This document shows positions 56,775 to 64,000 of a DNA stretch of 64,000 nucleotides, piece by piece (position 1 is the stretch's first letter; every line of letters begins with the position of its first letter). The notes under the pieces were generated by a model that saw only the letters and a program-made list of their open reading frames with translations, did not search any database and had not been told where the DNA came from. This DNA is from an uncultured Dehalococcoidia bacterium (lineage in GTDB: Bacteria > Chloroflexota > Dehalococcoidia > Lucifugimonadales > UBA826). A program made the position numbers and the translations under genes. The stretch covers positions 51,735-115,734 of the forward strand of contig CAZCOH010000002.1 of the NCBI GenBank assembly GCA_964500645.1, in the 5' to 3' direction.

Positions 56775-58511
56775 ATGAGATTGAGACCTATTACTGGAAC
56801 CCCATCTGAGATATTGGTTGAACAATTAGTGGCATCCGATGTTAAGTATCTTTTCTACAATTCAGGCTCCCGTGAGGCATTATTTTTCGATGCATTGCAT
56901 CGAAACCCCAATATACAAGGTATCTTGGGGCTTCATGAGGGAACAGTGACGGCCATGGCGGGTAGCTACAGCCAGGTCGACAATGAACCTGCGGTGATGT
57001 TGGTTCACTTGGGAGCTGGATTAGCTCAATGTATGGGTCAACTAATAAACGTTTGGTATGGTGGGCTTCCTGTAGTGGTAATTACATTTTATGGGGATAC
57101 TGGCAGCTGGACTGATCGAATTAATTTAGATTTGGATCATTCATTTGGACCGGCTTCTATCTCAGCACCTATGACAAAAGCGACATGGACTGTCATTGAT
57201 CCAGAAGGACTCCCTTCAGCAGTAGAAAGGGCTTTAAGAGTAGCTAGAACTCCTCCGTTCGGACCTGTACATCTGGCTGTATACGACAGGCTTCTAGAAA
57301 ATCGTCAAGTAACAACAGACATCATTGAAGATACGGATATTGGAATACGTTCAGGTATAGCTTTGAATTCTGAGTTAGAGGAGATTGTTCAAGCCTTGGA
57401 TGCTGCTGAGCGTCCATTGATTTATGCTGGTGACGGCATTTGGAAAAGTGGTGCCGATCGGTTGGCTGAGAACTTAGCAACTCATTTTGGAACTGGCGTG
57501 TCAACTACTGCCTATGTTGAGCACAGAGGTATATCGATAAAACATCCTCAACATATGGGAGGATTTGAGTTGGCGTCTGAATCTTACGATCCAGATCTAA
57601 TACTTTCTATAGGAGTACGACATCAAGGTGCGGGCAAGCCTACAGACTACGCTGGGTTTAGAAGGTTGTGGGGCAGATCCGGGAAACACATTGCCCTAGG
57701 TTCTGATATGGATTACATATCACATTACCCCGGTATACATTTGGGAATTATTGCCGATGAAAGAGATGCTTTATCACGACTTCTCAGTATGGCTGAAAAC
57801 GAATATCCTTCTTCTAAGTATGACGATAGGCGAAAGGAATCACTCTCAGTGGCAGGCGATTGGAGAAATGGCAGAAGGCAGGCGATGATGCCTGATCCTG
57901 TAAAAGGTAAAGTTCGCCCTGGGATACTCATTGATGCGGTTGATGATGCTCTAGAGGCGATTGGTGGTGGGATCGTAACAAATGAACAGTTCGCCGCATC
58001 ACATGAGGCATTGAGACCTGGTTTATCTGAAAATATGAACACGTATCTTCGTGCAGGTGGTGGATCTGAAGGTTGGGGCGTAGGGGCTGCGATTGGTGCA
58101 AAACTTGCTGCAGGAGATATACCTGTAGTGGGATTTGTTGGTGACGGCTCACTGTATTATGCGGATTCCGGATTGTGGACTTCAGTTCATCATAATATTC
58201 CGGTTTTGTACATAATCACCAATAATGGAGCCTATGGAATTGTGGCAGGATTCTATGGGAGAGCAGGTGGTTCTATGAGTGATACAGGAAAGTATGGTGG
58301 GGTAGTACTAGACGGAATTGATCCTCTTAAGATAGCAAATGCATTTGGGATGGATGGAGAATCAGTCGATGATGAAGACAAGGTGCAAGAGGCGGTTCAG
58401 CGGGGTCTGAAAATTGTTACAGAAGAGAATCGACCTTATTTATTAGAATTCAAATTGCCCATAGGTCTTCCAGAAGGCGGGATAGCAGATAAACAGTATC
58501 GAATGAGATAA
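56775..58511 (+). CDS. thiamine-pyrophosphate-dependent enzyme (acetolactate synthase large subunit / benzoylformate decarboxylase-like)
   Basis: Three-domain length (578 aa) and the TPP-binding motif GDGSLYYADSGLWTSVHHNIPVLYIITNNGAYG. Confidence 0.8.
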   Translation: MRLRPITGTPSEILVEQLVASDVKYLFYNSGSREALFFDALHRNPNIQGILGLHEGTVTAMAGSYSQVDNEPAVMLVHLGAGLAQCMGQLINVWYGGLPVVVITFYGDTGSWTDRINLDLDHSFGPASISAPMTKATWTVIDPEGLPSAVERALRVARTPPFGPVHLAVYDRLLENRQVTTDIIEDTDIGIRSGIALNSELEEIVQALDAAERPLIYAGDGIWKSGADRLAENLATHFGTGVSTTAYVEHRGISIKHPQHMGGFELASESYDPDLILSIGVRHQGAGKPTDYAGFRRLWGRSGKHIALGSDMDYISHYPGIHLGIIADERDALSRLLSMAENEYPSSKYDDRRKESLSVAGDWRNGRRQAMMPDPVKGKVRPGILIDAVDDALEAIGGGIVTNEQFAASHEALRPGLSENMNTYLRAGGGSEGWGVGAAIGAKLAAGDIPVVGFVGDGSLYYADSGLWTSVHHNIPVLYIITNNGAYGIVAGFYGRAGGSMSDTGKYGGVVLDGIDPLKIANAFGMDGESVDDEDKVQEAVQRGLKIVTEENRPYLLEFKLPIGLPEGGIADKQYRMR

Positions 58512-58528
58512 GAATCAAAAAGGGTTAC

Positions 58529-59044
58529 ATGGATTCAGACAATTTGACGAGAGAAATAGTGATAGAGATGGCTTCCCTCGGAAAGTCTCTGGCAGGTTTA
58601 TGTCTATCTGGCATAGATTTGTCACGGACTAATTTGGCTGGTGCAAATTTTCAACAATCTGATCTAAGTTGGTGTGATTTTTCCAGGTCAAACCTTAGAG
58701 GTGCTCTGTTGAATGGGGCCAATATGGAGCATGTTACGGCTGTTAGAGCTAATTTTTCGGTTGCTGAAATGAAAAATGTGAGTCTTAGAAATGCAAATTT
58801 TGAGGGATCTAATTTAAGTGGTGCTGCTTCTAATTCTATTCAGACTACTGCAAGGGTAATAGGTGCGGACTTACATGGGTCAGACCTCAGGGGAGCCAAT
58901 TTTAAAGGTGCCTCTTTATATCGGGTTCGTCTGGATAATTCAGATCTCAGCGGAGCCGATTTCACGGGCGCCGATGTTATAAGGATCTCTCTTTCAGGAG
59001 CTACTTATTCTGAAGACGCCTTTGATAATGCCATTGGAGTTTAA
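58529..59044 (+). CDS. pentapeptide-repeat protein
   Basis: Runs of A(D/N)LxG-type pentapeptides: NLAGANFQQSDLSWCDFSRSNLRGALLNGANM... Confidence 0.8.
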   Translation: MDSDNLTREIVIEMASLGKSLAGLCLSGIDLSRTNLAGANFQQSDLSWCDFSRSNLRGALLNGANMEHVTAVRANFSVAEMKNVSLRNANFEGSNLSGAASNSIQTTARVIGADLHGSDLRGANFKGASLYRVRLDNSDLSGADFTGADVIRISLSGATYSEDAFDNAIGV

Positions 59045-59235
59045 CTCTACATTCTGTTTGTTCACCATAGTATTTTTGTAGACATTTCTTAATTACTCAG
59101 CTACTTTGTGCTTCTTGTTAAACTATCAAGACATGATTTATAGGTTAAATGGATTCCAGATAGTTTTCTCAAATAAATTTCCATCCAAACCAAGCAGAAT
59201 TGTAAGCCGATTGCGTATAAAAGGACTTCCAAGTT

Positions 59236-59814
59236 ATGGAAAAAGGCAAACTAGATTTATTGGTTGTAGGTTTGGGTAATCCTGGACCAAAATATGATCA
59301 AACTAGGCACAATGCTGGATTTTGGCTAGTAGACCTTATAGCGAAAAAGAAACGAACCAGTTTTTCGCGCGCTCATCGCTCAACTCTCATATCAGAACCT
59401 GTATGGCTTGATGAAGGGTCAATTTTGCTGTGTAAACCTAGAACTTACATGAATAATAGTGGCGATAGTCTCAAATACCTAGTTTCTAGATACAACTTAG
59501 AACCTAGTCATCTTTTGGTTGTCTATGATGATATTCATCTTCCGGCTGGAAAACTTAGACTTAGGGCAAAAGGTAGTGCTGGTGGCCATAATGGCATGAG
59601 ATCAATCATATCTTCTTTAAATACGAGCGATTTTCCGCGGATACGGATCGGTGTTGGTTCTCCCTCCATTAGTGAGGATCAAATTGGGTACGTCTTAGGC
59701 AGACCAAATAAAGAAGAAATGGGAAAAATAGATATTGCTCTTGAAAACGCTGTTCAAATTATGCCTTACTTACTTTCAAATGATATAGACGCTGCAATGA
59801 GTGAATTCAATTAG
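59236..59814 (+). CDS. pth: peptidyl-tRNA hydrolase
   Basis: LVVGLGNPGPKYDQTRHNAGF and GHNGMRSI motifs. Confidence 0.9.
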   Translation: MEKGKLDLLVVGLGNPGPKYDQTRHNAGFWLVDLIAKKKRTSFSRAHRSTLISEPVWLDEGSILLCKPRTYMNNSGDSLKYLVSRYNLEPSHLLVVYDDIHLPAGKLRLRAKGSAGGHNGMRSIISSLNTSDFPRIRIGVGSPSISEDQIGYVLGRPNKEEMGKIDIALENAVQIMPYLLSNDIDAAMSEFN

Positions 59815-59818
59815 AATT

Positions 59819-61777
59819 ATGAAATTTCCAAAGTCTTGTTTTTGGGTTGTCATTTTGAGCGTTTTTATTGGCTGTTCAACTGGTGAAGTTAAAGACACAC
59901 AGACTTATGTTGATACTCCTGAAGAGAAGAATGAGAACTTGATAGAGACGCCTGTAAAAAAGCAGGCTCAAAATCCTACAAAACTTAAGATACAACCAAC
60001 TGCTACCCCTATCCCTGATAACCAAAATGTGAGTGATGTTCCACCCGAACGGGACTTAGAAAGTTTGGCGAAAAGATATCGCTTGAATGCGACTTTGAAT
60101 CAACAGGCAATAGTGACTTCAAGCATAGAGGAAGCTAGAAAAGTCGGTGAGGAGATATTTTTTACAGTCACTGATCCCATGAGTGCTCAGACGTATGAAA
60201 TTGAGGCTAAACTTATAAAGATTACGGAGAATGTTTACTGGTACCTGGATACGTCTATTGATATATCTCCGGGTTCTTTTGATACAGCAGCTGAAAGATG
60301 GGAAACTGATATTCGACCAACTATCATTTCCACATTTGGTGACATAAATAAACCTGGCATCGATGGTGACGACAGGCTTGTTGTCTTAAACACCCCGCTA
60401 AATGGAGCTGCTGGTTATTTCGGGAGTCAGGACACTCAGTACAAATGGGTTCATCCTTCTAGTAATCAAAGGGAGATGGTTTATATGGACCCTCTGAAAT
60501 TATCTCCACTCACATCCAAATATCTGGCGGTCCTGACACACGAATATCAACACGCTATTCATGACCACTTGGATCGAGGGGAAGAGTCATGGGTCAATGA
60601 GGGACTATCAGAGGTAGCTTCCTACATAGCTGGATTTGAAAGTTCTTTTACAAAATATTTTCTGGATTCCCCATCTATTTCTCTTGTCCACTGGCCGGAT
60701 GATCCATCGGATACAGTTCCACACTATGGGGCTTCGTCACTGTTTTTTATGTTTTCTGCTGGAAGGAATGGTGGTCTTAGTACATTGGGGGAACTTGCTG
60801 GACTTGGAGAGGATGGTATTGATGGAGTCGATTCTTGGCTGTTTAGTCGAGGAACTAGTTTTGACAACGAATTCTCGGATTGGATAGTTGCAAATTATGT
60901 TGGGGCTGTGGAGGGGGCTTATTCCTATTCTGATTGGGCATTAGCTATTACTGCCAAGGCATCTTCGATTCCATGGGGTGGTTCTAGGCATCAGGTTCCG
61001 CAATATGGTGCTAGGTATTTCAAAATTCCTAGACAGGGAGATGCTCCGGGTGAAAAGACATTAGTGTCGCTGAGAGGTGACCAAATATCTCCAAGATTTT
61101 CGACAACATGTTCTTCAAAATGCTGGTGGTCAAACCGAGGGGACTCTATTAATACAAGATTGACTCTTGATCTTGATCTTAGCGATGTGCGTAACCCTTA
61201 CCTCTCGTTTGAAGCATGGCATGACATTGAAAAAGATTGGGATTATGCATACGTTTCAGTTTCTGAAGATAACGGGGAAACTTGGAAAACAATAAGAGCT
61301 TCCGGTACAACGGATTCGAATCCATCTGGAAACAACTATGGTCATGGTTACACAGGATATAGAAACTGGGATACTCACTTAGTGAGTCTAGATAATTATT
61401 CGGGGAAAGAAATAAAGCTGAGGTTTGAATACGTTACTGACGATGCAGTTCATAGGGATGGATTTATGTTAGGGATAGTGGAGGTACCTGCGCTTGACCT
61501 GAGGTTGAAACCTGACGATACAAGGTGGAATTCTGAAGGCTTTGTTTTGATTGACGCGCCTCTTAAGCAGAACTTTATTGGCCGTGTCATAACTATCAAA
61601 GCTGATGGTAATTTTGCAGTGACTGAAATAGATTTCGATGAATTTAATCGTGCTAGATTTGAGATAGAGGGATTTGGTACAAGTGTGAATGATGCGGTAA
61701 TGGTAATTTCTGGAACCTCTCGGGACACAATTCACCCAACTTCAATCAAGATAGACACGGTTCCCTTAGATCCATAG
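59819..61777 (+). CDS. putative secreted zinc metalloprotease lipoprotein (gluzincin-like HExxH...NEG)
   Basis: ATG 59819 gives MKFPKSCFWVVILSVFIGCS (lipobox FIGC). The motif is LTHEYQHAIHDHLDRGEESWVNEGLSE. The family is not assignable by eye. Confidence 0.55.
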   Translation: MKFPKSCFWVVILSVFIGCSTGEVKDTQTYVDTPEEKNENLIETPVKKQAQNPTKLKIQPTATPIPDNQNVSDVPPERDLESLAKRYRLNATLNQQAIVTSSIEEARKVGEEIFFTVTDPMSAQTYEIEAKLIKITENVYWYLDTSIDISPGSFDTAAERWETDIRPTIISTFGDINKPGIDGDDRLVVLNTPLNGAAGYFGSQDTQYKWVHPSSNQREMVYMDPLKLSPLTSKYLAVLTHEYQHAIHDHLDRGEESWVNEGLSEVASYIAGFESSFTKYFLDSPSISLVHWPDDPSDTVPHYGASSLFFMFSAGRNGGLSTLGELAGLGEDGIDGVDSWLFSRGTSFDNEFSDWIVANYVGAVEGAYSYSDWALAITAKASSIPWGGSRHQVPQYGARYFKIPRQGDAPGEKTLVSLRGDQISPRFSTTCSSKCWWSNRGDSINTRLTLDLDLSDVRNPYLSFEAWHDIEKDWDYAYVSVSEDNGETWKTIRASGTTDSNPSGNNYGHGYTGYRNWDTHLVSLDNYSGKEIKLRFEYVTDDAVHRDGFMLGIVEVPALDLRLKPDDTRWNSEGFVLIDAPLKQNFIGRVITIKADGNFAVTEIDFDEFNRARFEIEGFGTSVNDAVMVISGTSRDTIHPTSIKIDTVPLDP

Positions 61778-61876
61778 CATCGCATGATGTGATCGGGTGT
61801 TATTTTTAGAAAGTTAATATCTGGTTGTTTGATACATTAAAGCTACTTCCCCTTTATTTTCTCAAAAAGGTTTCAA

Positions 61877-63361
61877 TTGACGGCAAGCGCAAAAAATATA
61901 CTTGGATCACAAAAATGGTGGGTTTACACCTCGGTAGCGCTAGGGGCATTTGTTACAGTAGCTGACCAAACTGGTACTAATATTGCATTGCCTGCTATTA
62001 GCGATGAGTTAAGTGTAGATATTCCGACGGTCCAATGGATGTATCTTCTTTACACTCTATGTATTAGCGCGCTTCTACTCCCAATGGGACGGATTTCAGA
62101 CCTTTTTGGAAGGAGGCTAATCTACTGTTGCGGACTGTCAATTTTTTCCCTAGGAGCTTTTTTTGCCTATGCGTCCCCTGGGTTGCCTGTTCTCCTATCT
62201 GCTAAAGCTATCCAGGGGATTGGGGCTGCGATGGTGCAGGCAAACGGTATGGCTCTTATGGCGGAGGCATTTCCTGATCGACAGCGAGGAATGGCAATTG
62301 GTTTATATATGACGATTATAGGTCTTGGTGCGGTCGGAGGTCCTGTAGTTGGTGGAATTTTGATTGGGTTTTTTGGGTGGAGATCAATATACATTGGAAC
62401 ATTGGTTCTTGGATTGATCGCCTTGGGGGTGTCTTTATTTGTTATAAAAGATGTCAAGGAAAAAGAAAGTGTGGACGGCCCTGCTAAATTATCGAGTTTT
62501 GATTGGATAGGGGGACTACTCTCTGCCTCAGCCTTGACTGTTTTTCTTTTGTCGATGACTTATTCTTATAGGTTGGGCTGGACTAGTTGGCCAGTTTTGA
62601 TAGGGTTTTCTACATTTTCGATTCTTGCTATTTTATTTGTTTATCGAGAGTTTACTTACTTCGAACCAATGATTAACTTAAGGCTTTTTAAAATCCCAAC
62701 TTTTTCTATCGGGATGGCCTCAAGGTATTTGGCTTTTATGGCAGGATCTCCAGCTTATTTTCTTCTACCCTTTTTCCTTATACAGGTATCTGGGATGGAG
62801 GAATACAAAGCGGCACTACTTCTTGCACCCAGCTCCGTGATGATGGCTTTGGCGGGTCCCTTGAGCGGAAAGCTCTCCGATCATATCGGAACCAAATGGC
62901 CTGCCGTTGGTGGTCTTATGTGTTGGACGATCGGTCTGATTATTCTTACAACCCTTGAGGTTGGATCTTCTCCTTACATTGCTTCTGTGGGTATGATGAT
63001 GATGGGCGCCGGTAATGGCATATTTGGATCTCCAAATACTGCATCTGTAATGAGCGTTGTAGAAAGAAAGAGATTTGGTGTTGTATCTGCTTTAGTAAAT
63101 ATGGTTAGAACTTCTGGTAATTTAACTGGAATCTCAGTTGGGACTACGTTGGTTGTTCTAATGATGGCATCTAAAGGATTTTTACCTGATCTTTCAGCTT
63201 TAACCAACTCTGCTGACGGAGTGGCTTTTGATGGTTTGTCAATGGCATTTACAGCAGGGATGCGAAGAGCTTTTATACTGGGTGTATTTCTTGTTGGTTT
63301 TGGGGCCATTATCACCTTACTGACTCCAAATAGACCGGGAAAGCATAGTGACAAAAAATAG
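61877..63361 (+). CDS. MFS transporter, DHA2 (14-TMS)
   Basis: Contains IALPAISDELSVDIPTVQWMY...LPMGRISDLFGRR. TTG start. Confidence 0.8.
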   Translation: MTASAKNILGSQKWWVYTSVALGAFVTVADQTGTNIALPAISDELSVDIPTVQWMYLLYTLCISALLLPMGRISDLFGRRLIYCCGLSIFSLGAFFAYASPGLPVLLSAKAIQGIGAAMVQANGMALMAEAFPDRQRGMAIGLYMTIIGLGAVGGPVVGGILIGFFGWRSIYIGTLVLGLIALGVSLFVIKDVKEKESVDGPAKLSSFDWIGGLLSASALTVFLLSMTYSYRLGWTSWPVLIGFSTFSILAILFVYREFTYFEPMINLRLFKIPTFSIGMASRYLAFMAGSPAYFLLPFFLIQVSGMEEYKAALLLAPSSVMMALAGPLSGKLSDHIGTKWPAVGGLMCWTIGLIILTTLEVGSSPYIASVGMMMMGAGNGIFGSPNTASVMSVVERKRFGVVSALVNMVRTSGNLTGISVGTTLVVLMMASKGFLPDLSALTNSADGVAFDGLSMAFTAGMRRAFILGVFLVGFGAIITLLTPNRPGKHSDKK

Positions 63362-63548
63362 ACGTATATAGAGGATATATTTTGTAAAGACGTTGTTTTA
63401 TAGCTCTGATATACTGGATTCGATATTGAGCTAATGTTAACGAGCATGGTTTGCAGGACATAGTCTGGAATGTTGAGCCAAGTTGTAGTTATGGTAGCTA
63501 AGTAAGTCAACAAATAAGAAGGTTATTGGTCACAGGGTAATAGGGAAA

Positions 63549-64000
63549 ATGGCAGGTAGCGATTTTACATTTGCAACATTTTCTAAAAATGAATTTTATG
63601 CGACTTTGAATGCACGTCTGGTAGACATGGCTGATGTCAGCTCTGATAAACGGGTTGTTGATCTGGCTTGTGGTGCTGGAGGTGTTACAAGACTAATATT
63701 GGAGAGGATCAATCGTACTCGTGACACAGTAGTAATTGCCTTGGATCACTCGTCGATTGCTCTTAAGTCCGCTATGGATGAATTGAAGGATATATCCAAT
63801 AATGCCGTGAAATATGTTCAACTTGGCGTTGAAAACGTTTCAGATGCTCTTAAGGAGTCCGTTGACACCATAGTTTATTGCAATGCAATTCACTACGTCC
63901 CAGATAAAGATGCTGTAGTTGCAGATATTGCCAATTCGTTGCGACCTGGTGGCAAGTTTGCTTTTAATACATCCTTTTATGAAGGGGGCCAACACGAAGA
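63549..64000 (+). CDS. class I SAM-dependent methyltransferase, C-terminus cut by window edge
   Basis: Absent from the ORF track because it runs off the edge. ATG 63549 gives MAGSDFTFATFSKNEFYATLN...VVDLACGAGGVT (motif I)...LRPGGKFAF. Confidence 0.7.
   Translation, partial: MAGSDFTFATFSKNEFYATLNARLVDMADVSSDKRVVDLACGAGGVTRLILERINRTRDTVVIALDHSSIALKSAMDELKDISNNAVKYVQLGVENVSDALKESVDTIVYCNAIHYVPDKDAVVADIANSLRPGGKFAFNTSFYEGGQHE

Noticed and set aside
59134-59280. 48-codon ORF (MIYRLNGFQIVFSNKF...) overlapping the pth start.
   Set aside because: It is out of frame with pth and has no SD or recognisable motif, so it is probably chance.
61305-61325. GGATTCGAATCC, a T-loop-like palindrome.
   Set aside because: It lies inside the metalloprotease CDS and has no surrounding tRNA structure.
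1-64000. I searched for CRISPR arrays, rRNA genes, transposases, integrases, phage genes and toxin-antitoxin pairs.
   Set aside because: I saw none. The only sizeable nucleotide repeat is the rbp tandem duplication, and the only mobile-element-like gene is the orphan excisionase-type HTH.

Overview
This is an AT-rich, very gene-dense bacterial chromosomal window. I count about 55 CDS and one tRNA-Thr(UGU), and I saw no rRNA, CRISPR array, transposase or integrase. It carries dnaA (2873..4273) and housekeeping genes: nadD, pyrE, obg, pth, moaA, moaC, rdgB, RNase HI and a DEAD-box helicase. These are interleaved with a catabolic paralogue set: four family III CoA-transferase modules, two luciferase-like monooxygenases, enolase-superfamily, amidohydrolase, GMC, AKR and TPP enzymes, thiolase plus DUF35, four MFS transporters and a DUF1800/DUF1501 pair. 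From gene content alone I associate this set with marine Chloroflexota of the SAR202 type. Main hunt results follow. (1) Two predicted ORFs (31869..32156 and 30513..31850, minus strand) are one gene interrupted by an in-frame UGA. The UGA sits in a U-G-T-C motif, and a perfect hairpin starts 11 nt downstream, so this is a candidate selenoprotein with a bacterial SECIS. It heads an apparent operon with two CoA-transferases. (2) The CoA-transferase modules come in pairs, one lacking the catalytic Asp followed by one retaining it. One pair is two overlapping genes and the other is an 860-aa tandem fusion. (3) RNase HI and MoaC form a single ORF, but this may hinge on one base in an A6 run. (4) A 546-bp segment carrying an RRM RNA-binding protein gene, its leader and a long hairpin is tandemly duplicated. 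(5) The DEAD-box helicase can only include its Q motif and Walker A if it starts at CTG. (6) A 750-aa hyper-charged coiled-coil lipoprotein lies next to an orphan excisionase-type HTH gene. (7) Several unusual envelope architectures are present: a permease fused to a CRTAC1-like FG-GAP/ASPIC domain, an LRR lipoprotein leading an ATPase-less peptide ABC operon, and a signal-less DUF1800-DUF1501-NHL operon. All functional calls come from reading the translated ORFs by eye; no searches were run.
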